From positions 18,154 to 82,153 of the forward strand of contig JAPPJZ010000082.1 of NCBI GenBank assembly GCA_028874365.1: 64,000 nt of DNA, read 5' to 3'. Under the pieces are notes generated by a model that was not told where the DNA came from, made no database searches, and saw only the letters and a list, made by a program, of their open reading frames with translations. The position numbers and the translations under genes are program-made. The DNA is from Chloroflexota bacterium (GTDB lineage: Bacteria; Chloroflexota; Dehalococcoidia; Bin125). Positions 1-9,311 of the stretch are shown here, one piece after another; position 1 is the first letter of the stretch, and the number at the start of each line of letters is the position of its first letter.

Positions 1-2
1 GC

Positions 3-1292
3 CGACGCGCCATGCGCGACAGCGATGTGATCGGAGATGCGCTGCGCTGCATCCGCTGCGGGGCCTGCGCCAACGTGTGTCCGCCCTACCAGATCGTCGG
101 CGGCCACACCTTCGGCCACATCTACACCGGCGCGATTGGGCTGGTGAACACAACGTTCCACCACGGGATTGAAGACGCCGCCGGACCGCAAGGGCTCTGC
201 GTCTCCTGCGGCGCTTGCCAGACGGTCTGCCCGGTCGACATACCGTTGCCAAAGCAGATTCTCGAAATCCGCCACCGGTCCCACGAGTCAGGCCATGCAC
301 CGCTCTGGGAGCAGATTGCGCTGCGACTGTGGGCCAGGCCGCGGCTGTTCCACCACCTGATGGGCGTCGCCGCCGCCGGGTCAGGGCTTGCGAGGCTTGT
401 CGGTCTTGTCCGTGGTGATCATCTCCGTGCACCATTGCCAAAGAGGCTTCGCTGGCGCGCGATCCCGGCCTTACCGCTGCGTAGTGGCCGCACACTGATC
501 AAGAGCCGCGCTCCCCAGTCCACGCTCTCCGACTCCCCGGCTGCCGGCCAAACCGTCGACCTGTTTGCCCAGTGTCTGGCCGACCGCCTCATGCCGTCTG
601 CCGTGGACTCCGCTGCCAGGCTGATTGAGGCCGGGGGAGCCGCAGTTAACGTCCCCGAGTCGCAACACTGCTGCGGACTGCCCGCGTTCGATGCCGGCGA
701 TTGGGACATGGCGCGACGAATGGCCGAGCACACCATTGAGGCACTGGAAGACGGCGAGCGTGAGATCGTCACTCCAGCGCCAAGCTGCGTCATTTCGATG
801 CAGGATCACTGGCCGCGCTTGTTTGCCGACGATGGCGAGTGGCGAGCACGAGCCGCCGGCGTCAGCGACCGAGTTCACGACCTTGCTGACTGGCTCGAGG
901 GGCCGGGCCGTTTGCCCGACGCTTGCCTGCGCAACGGCGACGGTACGTCATGGACCGCGCATCGGTTTTGCCAGGCTTCGAACCGCAATGATGCGGGCGC
1001 TCGGATCGACAAACTCGTCGAACGCCTGACTGGTGAGACCGCCAGGCCGCTAGCGGAACCGGACGTCTGTTGCGGCTTCGGCGGACTGACATCCCTCGCC
1101 GCTCCGGAGGTCGGAGCAGGCATTCTCGAGCGCAAACTGGCTTGCGTAGCCGAATCTGGATGCGACACGCTGATCACCAACAATCCGGGCTGCGTCATCC
1201 ACCTCCGAGCCGGCGCCAATGCCGGCGGCGCCAACCATAAGACGCTGCACTACGCCGACTTCCTCGCCGCGCGCCTGCCGAAGGATCCGTGA
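3..1292 (+). CDS. LutB/LldF-like 4Fe-4S protein fused to CCG (LutA/GlcF-like) domains; 5' end lies outside the window
   Basis: CIRCGACANVCP and CVSCGACQTVCP ferredoxin motifs, LutB-type GHxYxGxIG, then QHCCG and DVCCGFGG CCG motifs; frame open to window start. Confidence 0.85.
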   Translation, partial: RRAMRDSDVIGDALRCIRCGACANVCPPYQIVGGHTFGHIYTGAIGLVNTTFHHGIEDAAGPQGLCVSCGACQTVCPVDIPLPKQILEIRHRSHESGHAPLWEQIALRLWARPRLFHHLMGVAAAGSGLARLVGLVRGDHLRAPLPKRLRWRAIPALPLRSGRTLIKSRAPQSTLSDSPAAGQTVDLFAQCLADRLMPSAVDSAARLIEAGGAAVNVPESQHCCGLPAFDAGDWDMARRMAEHTIEALEDGEREIVTPAPSCVISMQDHWPRLFADDGEWRARAAGVSDRVHDLADWLEGPGRLPDACLRNGDGTSWTAHRFCQASNRNDAGARIDKLVERLTGETARPLAEPDVCCGFGGLTSLAAPEVGAGILERKLACVAESGCDTLITNNPGCVIHLRAGANAGGANHKTLHYADFLAARLPKDP

Positions 1293-1301
1293 GGGAACCA
1301 G

Positions 1302-2216
1302 ATGCCGACTGTCATCGATGTCCACGTCCACCTCTGCCGAACGCCCGAGCAGGAGGCAATCGTCTTTCCCAGACGCGGCCTGCCGCTGGAGTGGCGCTGG
1401 GCCAACGGCGACGCCTGCGGCGAGTACATGACCCGCAACGACGTCGAAGCGATCGTCGGGCTGAACTACATGGTCGTGCCGGAGATGTTCGAGCAGCAAC
1501 GGGAGCGCCGGCCGGAGGCGACGGCCGAGGCACTCCTGGAGATGCTTCACGACCGAGTACGCAGCTTCAACTCCTGGACACTGGCGCGCCAGGCGGAAGA
1601 TTCCCGCATTCGAACGTTCCTCTGCTGTGACATCGGAACATGGGTCGAGACGGACCTGCTGATGGAGGAACTCGAGCGCGGCGTCGCTCTCGGCGCGCGA
1701 GGCGTCAAAATGCATCCCGGTCTGGGCCGTTACTTCCCTGCCGACGAACGGATGATGCCCCTCTACGCCCGGCTGGAAGAGTTGGGCCTGCCGATCCTTA
1801 GCGACACCGGAGCACTGCGCGGCGGGCCGGGAGACCACGTATACGGGATGCCAGACCACTTCATTCCCGTATTCGAGCGCTTCCCACGGTTGCAGTTCAT
1901 CATGGCCCACATGCCCGGCGCGTACTGGGACCAGCGGATCGACATCGCCAAGCGCTTCCCCCAGGTCATCTTCGATACTGCCGGAGGCTTCGACGACGGC
2001 CATTTCACCTGCCGCGATGGACGCCGAGCCTGCGCACTGGAAGATGCGGCGCGGCTGATCCGAACGCTCGGAGTGGAGCGAGTCCTGTTCGGCTCCGACG
2101 CGCCAGGCGCCGATCAGCAGCCGCAGGTCCTGCAGTTGCTCCGCAGCGGGCTCACAGACAGCGAGTTGGATCGCGTGCTGGTGGAGAACGCTCGGCCGGT
2201 TCTGGGTCTGAACTGA
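1302..2216 (+). CDS. Amidohydrolase_2 family metal-dependent hydrolase
   Basis: IDVHVH, RGVKMHP, IMAHM, RVLFGSD motifs; GAGGG RBS. Confidence 0.88.
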   Translation: MPTVIDVHVHLCRTPEQEAIVFPRRGLPLEWRWANGDACGEYMTRNDVEAIVGLNYMVVPEMFEQQRERRPEATAEALLEMLHDRVRSFNSWTLARQAEDSRIRTFLCCDIGTWVETDLLMEELERGVALGARGVKMHPGLGRYFPADERMMPLYARLEELGLPILSDTGALRGGPGDHVYGMPDHFIPVFERFPRLQFIMAHMPGAYWDQRIDIAKRFPQVIFDTAGGFDDGHFTCRDGRRACALEDAARLIRTLGVERVLFGSDAPGADQQPQVLQLLRSGLTDSELDRVLVENARPVLGLN

Positions 2217-2233
2217 CGCCCTAGACTCGCCGA

Positions 2234-3409
2234 ATGAGCAACCACCCCGACCGCAGCGACCTGCGAAACCTCCAGGACAAGACCGCGATCGTTGGCGTCG
2301 GCACGACCGAGTTTGGCGCCATCTACCGCGACCTCGATCCGGAGCGCTCTGCCTACGAACTCGGATTGATCGCCTTCCGCCAAGCGCTCAAGGACGCTGG
2401 TCTCAAGCGCACCGAGGTCGACGGCGTGATCGTCTCGCGGCTACCTCACTACGGGCGCATGTGCGAGATGATCGGCCTGCGCCATCCGCGATTTGTCAAC
2501 GTGTTGCCGGGCGAGGGTCGGCAATCCGGGATCGCCTTGCAGTACGCAGCGCTGGCGGTCGCGAACGGCATGGCCGACGTGGTGGCCTGCATCTACGGCA
2601 ACAATGGACGTTCGGCCGGCGCGAAGTACGGCGGCGAGAGCCGCGGCATTTCGACGCAGGCGATGTTCAAGGCGCCCTATGGGATGACCTCACCCGGGGC
2701 GGTGACCTCGATGATGTTCCGCCGCCACCAGTACCGTTATGGCACCACGACCGAGCCGCTGGCGCACCTCGCCATTTCCAATCGCGCCAATGCCGCGCTC
2801 AATCCCAACGCCGTCATGCAGCGGCCGATCACGATGGACGACTACCACGGCGCCCGCTACATAGCCGAACCGCTCTGCCTGTTCGACTACTGCCTGATCA
2901 ACGACGGCGGTGTCTGCTTCATCGTCACCTCCGCCGAACGTGCCCGCGACCTCAAACACACCCCGGTGCTGATCCACGCGACCTCCCAGGCTTCAGACAT
3001 CACACCCGTCTACGTCGCCGACGATTTCTGGCATGAGCCGATGTCGCAGATCGCCGACGACCTCTTCGCCAACTCCGAGGCCCCTCGCGAGGATCTGGCG
3101 TTCGCGCAGCTCTACGACAACTTCACCCCGACGATGCTGTTCACGCTCGAGGGGATGGGCTTCTGTGAGCCGGGTGAAGGTGGCGACTGGATTACGCCCG
3201 AGCGGATCGGTCTGCACGGCGAGTTGCCGCTCAACACCGGCGGCGGACACACCAGCGAATCCTACATGCAGGGCTGGGCGCTGCACGTCGAGGCGGTGCG
3301 GCAGCTGCGGCAGGAGTGCGGCGAGCGCCAGGTCGACGACGCACAGTACGGCCTCTACGCCTGTGCCGCTCCCCTGGCGACCGGACACATACTGAAGCGG
3401 GACAACTGA
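2234..3409 (+). CDS. Thiolase-superfamily protein (SCP-x/Ltp2-like)
   Basis: AIVGVG start, NPNA, DYCLINDGG, LYDNFT, NTGGGH motifs. Confidence 0.9.
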   Translation: MSNHPDRSDLRNLQDKTAIVGVGTTEFGAIYRDLDPERSAYELGLIAFRQALKDAGLKRTEVDGVIVSRLPHYGRMCEMIGLRHPRFVNVLPGEGRQSGIALQYAALAVANGMADVVACIYGNNGRSAGAKYGGESRGISTQAMFKAPYGMTSPGAVTSMMFRRHQYRYGTTTEPLAHLAISNRANAALNPNAVMQRPITMDDYHGARYIAEPLCLFDYCLINDGGVCFIVTSAERARDLKHTPVLIHATSQASDITPVYVADDFWHEPMSQIADDLFANSEAPREDLAFAQLYDNFTPTMLFTLEGMGFCEPGEGGDWITPERIGLHGELPLNTGGGHTSESYMQGWALHVEAVRQLRQECGERQVDDAQYGLYACAAPLATGHILKRDN

Positions 3410-3849
3410 TGACCACCGAATCACCAACTCCGGAACTCAGCTACGAGAAGCCGCTGCCGCCGGTGCTCGAACTGACCAAGCCGTTCTGGGACGGCTGCCG
3501 CGAAGGCGTGCTGCAGATTCAGTTCTGCAACATCTGCGATCTCCCCTGGTTCCCGCCGGCCGAGGCCTGCCCGCGATGTCTCCAGGACGACTGGGAATGG
3601 CGGCCAATCTCAGGCCACGGAACGGTCTGGTCCTGGATCCGCATGTGGCAGAAGTACTTCCCCGGCTGGTCGCCCGACGAGTATCCATACACCGTCGCGC
3701 TGATCAAGCTCGAGGAGGGTCCCTACATGTACTCGACACTCGTCGAGATCGAGGACCAGGACGTCAGCTGCGACCTCGCGGTCGAGGTCGATTTCCGCAG
3801 AGTCAACGACGAGATCACACTGCCGGTGTTTCGACCCGCGACCACGTAG
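3409..3849 (+). CDS. DUF35 Zn-ribbon/OB-fold protein
   Basis: PFWDG, CxxC...CPxC, GTVWSW, LEEGP; ATG overlaps the thiolase TGA. Confidence 0.9.
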   Translation: MTTESPTPELSYEKPLPPVLELTKPFWDGCREGVLQIQFCNICDLPWFPPAEACPRCLQDDWEWRPISGHGTVWSWIRMWQKYFPGWSPDEYPYTVALIKLEEGPYMYSTLVEIEDQDVSCDLAVEVDFRRVNDEITLPVFRPATT

Positions 3850-3855
3850 TCTCTC

Positions 3856-4365
3856 GTGTCCGACGAACTGCCGCTCGAGTCAGGTTGGCCAGCACGCGAC
3901 TTCGACGCGGAAGCGCGAGCATACTTGCTTCACGAAGCGCGTCAGCGTGTTCAGGAACAACTCGCGCAGGTAAGGAACTACGACGTCAAGATCGCCGCCC
4001 TGTTCACCGCGAGCGCTGGTCTATTCGCACTCAGCGGCTTTCTCGGCAACCTCAGGCTTGACGCTTCCGCAGCCGCGCTTCTCACAATGATGGCGGTGTT
4101 TGCTTCACTAATCGCGTGGATTCTGCTGGGATTCGCCTACTGGCTGAGAGAGACCGGCACGGGCTTGGAAATGCAAGCCATACGCGAGAATTATGCAGGC
4201 GCGTCAAGACAAGAGTTAGAGGACGCCGCGCTGGAGTCGCACGTTGAGGACTTCATACTCAATGAGCGCACGATTCGTGCCAAAGCACGTTGGCTCACGA
4301 GGTCACTATTCGCGGTCGCAGCACAACTCGTCCTGCTGTTCGCCGCAACGATTGCGAGTTCTTAG
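3856..4365 (+). CDS. Hypothetical 3-TM membrane protein, Pycsar-effector/DUF5706-like layout
   Basis: 169-aa ORF with three hydrophobic segments; DxK before TM1 and N...KxxxL before TM3. Confidence 0.6.
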   Translation: MSDELPLESGWPARDFDAEARAYLLHEARQRVQEQLAQVRNYDVKIAALFTASAGLFALSGFLGNLRLDASAAALLTMMAVFASLIAWILLGFAYWLRETGTGLEMQAIRENYAGASRQELEDAALESHVEDFILNERTIRAKARWLTRSLFAVAAQLVLLFAATIASS

Positions 4366-4418
4366 GGCAACCAGCTGAACTCAGCGTTTCGAATCGACCG
4401 TCCTGGGATGGACGTTGG

Positions 4419-4550
4419 TCATGCGCCATTCTTGTAGATGGTGCGCGGAAGGGGACGACGCCGTGGCTGGCTCGCTTTGGTAGGTGGCTTGCCAGCAGCG
4501 GCCTTCTCGGACTTGTCAACGGTTCCTTCGCGATCCTTAGCGGTCGCCAT
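4419..4550 (-). CDS. Putative 43-aa basic, Pro-rich small protein
   Basis: Hand translation MATAKDREGTVDKSEKAAAGKPPTKASQPRRRPLPRTIYKNGA; GGAGG 5 nt before ATG. Confidence 0.45.
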   Translation of the reverse strand: MATAKDREGTVDKSEKAAAGKPPTKASQPRRRPLPRTIYKNGA

Positions 4551-4595
4551 CTCTGCCTCCCTTTCCGGCCGCCGGCCCTAACCCCGCAGATGCGT

Positions 4596-5762
4596 TCATG
4601 TTAGCGATTCCAACTCTGAGAGTACCTCCGCCTGATGCTCGCCGAGTCTCGGCGCCGGACGCGTTGGAGTCGCGACGGGTGTGCCCTCGAAGTCCCACGG
4701 CGGCGCGACCTGGCGCATGACGGATCCGTCGGCCTGTGCCAGATCGAACAGCGCTCCGACTGCTTCAACCTGCGGATCCCTGCTCAGGCGCTCGTAGTCG
4801 TGCATGGGGAAGGCCCAGCCTCCGTGGCGTTCGACGATCTCCATGACCTGCTCGGCGTCGAAGTTGGCGAAGCCCCGCTCCCACAGCGGCTTGAGTTCGG
4901 CCGAGTATCGGCCGGCTCCACCGGCGCCGTCGGTGCGCAGCTTGTCGTACTCGGGATGCTCACGCGCCCAATCCATGCCCAGTTCATCGATAAGCGACTC
5001 GAACGCCTCGCCGCGGATCCGGGCCAGGGAGAAGTAGATCGGCAGGTCGCGGCACTGGTAGCCGTGATCAGGAGGCTTGACGTAGCTGTCGAGATGGAAG
5101 CCCCACCATTCGTCGGGATTGGAGAGCGCCACCCAGAGGGTTGAGCGCATCGCGATGAGGCTGCCGAACAGCGAAACCTCGACACGTTGGCCGCCCGTCG
5201 GATTGTCAGGATCGCTGTCGTCGCGCGCGAATAGGGCGGCGCAGATCGCTTGGATGGCGTTGTTCGCCGCGAAGACTGAGCCGATGTCGCTGCCATGGCG
5301 AACCGGCGGCTCGCCGAGGTTGCCGAGTGACGACGTCGCCTCGCTCGCCATCTGGGTGCCGATCTCCGACGCCGGTCGATCAGCCCAGGGGCCTCGCGGT
5401 CCGAAGCCGGAGATCGCGCAGTAGACGAGCCCGGGCGCATCGAGTCGTTCCCAGCCCAGTGCCTCCGGCAGGCCGTACTTGTCGACGACGGCGACGTCCG
5501 CCTGCGCGAGCAGGCGTCGCGCGGTCCCGACGTCACTCTGCGAGGACCAGTCCAGCACGATTCCACGCTTGCTGCGATTGAGGGTTCGGAAGACGGGTGA
5601 ATCGCCGTCGAGGGATGGCGCCCAGCCTCTCGAACGATCACCTTGCAGCGACTCGATCTTGATCACATCTGCGCCAGCGTCGCCCAGCGACATGGCGGTA
5701 TATGGGCCTGCGACACCTTCGGCGATTTCGACGACGCGATATCCGTCGAGCGGTGCCGGCAC
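4596..5762 (-). CDS. CaiB/BaiF family III CoA-transferase, probably non-catalytic subunit
   Basis: PLDGYRVVE, GADVIKIE, NRSKRGIVLD, APRLGEH. Confidence 0.9.
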   Translation of the reverse strand: MPAPLDGYRVVEIAEGVAGPYTAMSLGDAGADVIKIESLQGDRSRGWAPSLDGDSPVFRTLNRSKRGIVLDWSSQSDVGTARRLLAQADVAVVDKYGLPEALGWERLDAPGLVYCAISGFGPRGPWADRPASEIGTQMASEATSSLGNLGEPPVRHGSDIGSVFAANNAIQAICAALFARDDSDPDNPTGGQRVEVSLFGSLIAMRSTLWVALSNPDEWWGFHLDSYVKPPDHGYQCRDLPIYFSLARIRGEAFESLIDELGMDWAREHPEYDKLRTDGAGGAGRYSAELKPLWERGFANFDAEQVMEIVERHGGWAFPMHDYERLSRDPQVEAVGALFDLAQADGSVMRQVAPPWDFEGTPVATPTRPAPRLGEHQAEVLSELESLT

Positions 5763-5763
5763 G

Positions 5764-6981
5764 CTAGTCGCCGATCAGCGGGGTGGGTTCGTCGGCAGTC
5801 ACTCTTCGCGCGGTCAGCTCGTCGAGGATCTCGCCAGTGTGCTCGCCGGGCATACAGGCGCCGAACCAACGAGCGGGCGTGCGGGAAAACTCCCAGGGCG
5901 CGCCGCCGGTCCAGACATTGCCCCAGCCCGAGGTCTCGACCTCGCGCAGATACTGATTCTCAATCGCCTGCGCATGATGTTGCAGGGTCTCGAACGAGAT
6001 CGGGTAGCCGCACGGGATCCCCGCCGCGCTGAGCCGCAACATCCAGTAGTGCCTGGGCCGCTGTAGGAATCCCGCCTGAAGCAGCGCCGCGAGTTCAGTT
6101 CGCCGCGCGACGCGCCCTCGGTTTGTGCTCCAGCGCGGATCGCTGGCGAGGTCGTCTATTCCCTCGACCCCTGCCTCTGACTCGCGCATTGCGGCGGCGA
6201 AGCGCTGCCATTCGTCTTCGCTGGTGACTGAGACGCCAATCCAGTCGCCCCACTGACACTGGAAAGCCTGATCAGGTGCGGTTGCAAACGCAGCGGAGCC
6301 CTGCGGCTGGTACAGCTCACCGGTGCTCAGGTACTCGGCGATGCGTCCGCTCTGTAGGGCCATACCGGCGCGGAGCATGCCGACGTGGATGCGCTGGCCC
6401 TTGCCGGTGCGCTTATGCGCCAGCAGTCCCATGAGCACCGCTTGTGCGGCGACATTGCCGGTCGTGGCGTCGATCTGGGCCATGTGCCGATAGACCTCGG
6501 GACGTCCGCCTTCTGCGCCGCTGACCGACCAGAAGCCGGTGAAGTACTGGGCCTGGACGTCGGCGCCGGGCTTGTCGCGCATCGGCCCGACTTCGCCCCA
6601 GCCGGTGATCGCGGTGTAGATGATGTCCGGGTTGACGGCTTTGACCTGTTCGTAGCCGACGCCCATGCGCTCGGCCGCGCCGGGACGCATGTTGATCAGG
6701 AAGACGTCGCAGGTCTGCAGCAGCTCGTATGCGGTCTGTCGGTCGGCGGCCGACTTGAGATCGAGGAACAGCCCACGCTTGTTCTGGTTCCAGGTCATGT
6801 AGCCAATCGAGGTGCCATTGATCGTCGGCGGTACACCCGCGCCGAGAGTACGCGGATCGATCGACGGCTGCTCGATGTGGATCACGTCCGCGCCGAGCGC
6901 GCCCAACTGCGTCGAGGCCCAAGGCCCGACCATCCACAGCGTCAGATCGAAGACGCGTACTCCATCGAGCGGTCCGGGCAT
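5764..6981 (-). CDS. CaiB/BaiF family III CoA-transferase
   Basis: PLDGVRVFDL, LGADVIHIE, NQNKRGLFLDLK, NMRPG, catalytic-position Asp in QIDATTG. Confidence 0.92.
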   Translation of the reverse strand: MPGPLDGVRVFDLTLWMVGPWASTQLGALGADVIHIEQPSIDPRTLGAGVPPTINGTSIGYMTWNQNKRGLFLDLKSAADRQTAYELLQTCDVFLINMRPGAAERMGVGYEQVKAVNPDIIYTAITGWGEVGPMRDKPGADVQAQYFTGFWSVSGAEGGRPEVYRHMAQIDATTGNVAAQAVLMGLLAHKRTGKGQRIHVGMLRAGMALQSGRIAEYLSTGELYQPQGSAAFATAPDQAFQCQWGDWIGVSVTSEDEWQRFAAAMRESEAGVEGIDDLASDPRWSTNRGRVARRTELAALLQAGFLQRPRHYWMLRLSAAGIPCGYPISFETLQHHAQAIENQYLREVETSGWGNVWTGGAPWEFSRTPARWFGACMPGEHTGEILDELTARRVTADEPTPLIGD

Positions 6982-7030
6982 ATCGGTCTCCGTCCACGGT
7001 CGCTGTCAGCCGCCATGATAGGTCTGGCGC

Positions 7031-7348
7031 TTACCCTCCGCCGCGCTGAGCCTTCATCATGAAACGGTCGAGCAGTTCCTCGACCGCCTCTTCTGTATCG
7101 GCGGTGAAGACGAAGTGGTGCTCGTCCATCTTCGTGGGCAGCCGCGGATGCATCTGGGTCTGCTCGCTGCGCCAGATCACGGTCCATCCGTCGCCGGACA
7201 TGGCGGCGTCAGGCGTCACCACGGCGTCGGGGTCCGTGGGACCCGGATCGGGCGGTTCGATCTCCGTTGCGCCCAACTGCTCGAGGTATTGGCGCAGGAG
7301 CCAGATCGGGACCGCACGTAGGGTCAGTTCGCGGACTGCCTGAGACAT
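7031..7348 (-). CDS. Small protein resembling DUF1952, ending RGGG
   Basis: PIWLLRQYLEQLG near N-terminus, KAQRGGG C-terminus; AOR neighbourhood. Confidence 0.65.
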   Translation of the reverse strand: MSQAVRELTLRAVPIWLLRQYLEQLGATEIEPPDPGPTDPDAVVTPDAAMSGDGWTVIWRSEQTQMHPRLPTKMDEHHFVFTADTEEAVEELLDRFMMKAQRGGG

Positions 7349-7358
7349 GCACTCAACC

Positions 7359-8792
7359 CTAACTTGAGCGATTCCCGGGGCCTTCGGCGAGCGACATTGC
7401 CAGGCGCTTGAACATCACCATGTGGATCGGCCAGAGGCCGAACCAATAGATCAGACCCCAGATTCCTGCAGGATGGAAGTGCGCCTGAAGCGAGGTGATC
7501 GAATCGCCGCCGTCAGGCTCAACCGCCAGTTCCAGCACGGCCGATCCGGGCAGTTTCATCTCGGCGACGAGCGTGAGACTGCGTCCAGGCTCGACGGCAG
7601 CAACGCGCCAGAAGTCGAGCGGATCATCAACCCTCAGTTCTGTCGGATGGCGGCGTCCGCGTCGCATGCCGACGCCGCCGATGGCGCGATCAATGAGGCC
7701 GCGCAGCTTCCAGATCCAGGTTGCGACGTACCAGCCGCGATCAGCGCCGATCGAGCTGATGTCACGCCAGACTTCCTCCGTGGATCGCGAACTGTCGACT
7801 GACACGCGTACTGATTTGTCGTACCAGGAAACGTCGTGGCGCTGCCGCCGATAGCGGAATCCACCTTCCGTCCAGCGAATCGTGAGCGCGGCGGCCTCTT
7901 CCTGCTCCATTGCCTGCTGGACCGCCTCGCGGTAGGACCGCTGCCGAATGGGAATCAAGTCTTGCAGTTCGTTCGGCCGGTCCGAGATCAGGTCGTGCTT
8001 GAGACCGTCGATCAGCGGCCGGGCGATGCTCGCGGGCACCGCCGTGACGAGGTCGAGCCAGTAGGACGACAACCTCGGCGTCAGGACCGGAAGGGAGACG
8101 ATCCGAACCGTGCGCCCGACAACCTGACCGAACTGACGGAGCAGGTCGCCGTAGCTCAGGGTCTCGGGCCCGATGGCATCGTAGATCCGCGATTCGCCGT
8201 CGTCGTCGAGTCGAAGCAGGCCCACGAGGTAGTCCAGGAGATCGTCGAGAGCAATCGGCTGACTGCGTGAGTTGACCCAGCGCGGCGCGAGCATCAGGGG
8301 CAGGTGATAAACCAGGTCGCGGATAACCTCAAACGCCGCGGAACCAGGCCCGACGACGATCCCGGCTCGCAACTCGGTCACCGGCACGGTGCCTGAGCGC
8401 AACATCTCTCCGGTCTCCATCCGCGAGGCCAGGTGCGGCGACGCGGCGTCCGAGGGTTGGATACCGCCGAGGTAGATGATCCGCTTGACACCGGCCCCAG
8501 CGGCCGCATCGCGGAAATTCGCGGCGGCACGCCGATCGAGGTCGGAGAAGTTGCCGCCCGACGCCATCGAGTGAACGAGATAGTAGGCCACATCGACGCC
8601 TTCGAGCGCCGCGTGCAGGGAATCCGAATCGAGCGCGTCGGCACGAACGCACTCGACATCGTTCCAGCCGCGCGCTCGCAAGGCATCAATCCGACGAGCC
8701 GCAGCGCGAACGTCATACCCGTCGGAAGCAAGCCGCGGGGCGAGGTGTCCGCCCACGTAACCACTGGCCCCGAGGATGAGAATCCGCGTCAT
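7359..8792 (-). CDS. YbjT-like atypical SDR with DUF2867 C-terminal domain
   Basis: GASGYVG Rossmann motif, YYLVHSM, HLASR, C-terminal DFWRV...AEMKLPG. Confidence 0.9.
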   Translation of the reverse strand: MTRILILGASGYVGGHLAPRLASDGYDVRAAARRIDALRARGWNDVECVRADALDSDSLHAALEGVDVAYYLVHSMASGGNFSDLDRRAAANFRDAAAGAGVKRIIYLGGIQPSDAASPHLASRMETGEMLRSGTVPVTELRAGIVVGPGSAAFEVIRDLVYHLPLMLAPRWVNSRSQPIALDDLLDYLVGLLRLDDDGESRIYDAIGPETLSYGDLLRQFGQVVGRTVRIVSLPVLTPRLSSYWLDLVTAVPASIARPLIDGLKHDLISDRPNELQDLIPIRQRSYREAVQQAMEQEEAAALTIRWTEGGFRYRRQRHDVSWYDKSVRVSVDSSRSTEEVWRDISSIGADRGWYVATWIWKLRGLIDRAIGGVGMRRGRRHPTELRVDDPLDFWRVAAVEPGRSLTLVAEMKLPGSAVLELAVEPDGGDSITSLQAHFHPAGIWGLIYWFGLWPIHMVMFKRLAMSLAEGPGNRSS

Positions 8793-8840
8793 GGATTCAG
8801 CGTATGCCGGCCGTAAGCGGGATCCGTCGACCCTGAGAGC

Positions 8841-9311
8841 TCATTGTCGCGGAGGCAACGAGCGTTGTAGACGTTCGAGCACCTGCCACTCGCCTCGGTG
8901 TTCGCGCAGCCCTTGCTCGATCGCAGATTGCCGCATCGCGGTGATCGCGTCGTGCTGCCCATTCACCCAGCCGGTGCTGAATCCGACCGCCCAGGGGGCA
9001 GCGGTATCCGTGCCGTCTGCGACCAGTTCATGCAGCCGTTCGGAGTACGCCAGTTCACGCTCTTGTTCGAGAATCGAGGTCCACAACTGGCGATATCGCT
9101 CCTCGAGCGCGACACGGTCACCCGCGAGGTAGGGCAGGCCTTGCCCAACCTCGAATGCTCCGGTGAGGATGCCGATCGTCAATGGCAAGGCAACGCCGAT
9201 CAGTGCTGCCAAGGCTGTGTGCCAACCTACCCAATCCCTGGTGCGCCGCCAACCGAGCGTAGCCGGGGAAGCCGGCGACCAACCAGTCAGTCGCGCCGGG
9301 CGGCGGCTCAT
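8841..9311 (-). CDS. Hypothetical single-TM protein
   Basis: ATG at 9311 overlaps the upstream TGA (ATGA); N-terminal hydrophobic helix. Confidence 0.65.
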   Translation of the reverse strand: MSRRPARLTGWSPASPATLGWRRTRDWVGWHTALAALIGVALPLTIGILTGAFEVGQGLPYLAGDRVALEERYRQLWTSILEQERELAYSERLHELVADGTDTAAPWAVGFSTGWVNGQHDAITAMRQSAIEQGLREHRGEWQVLERLQRSLPPRQ

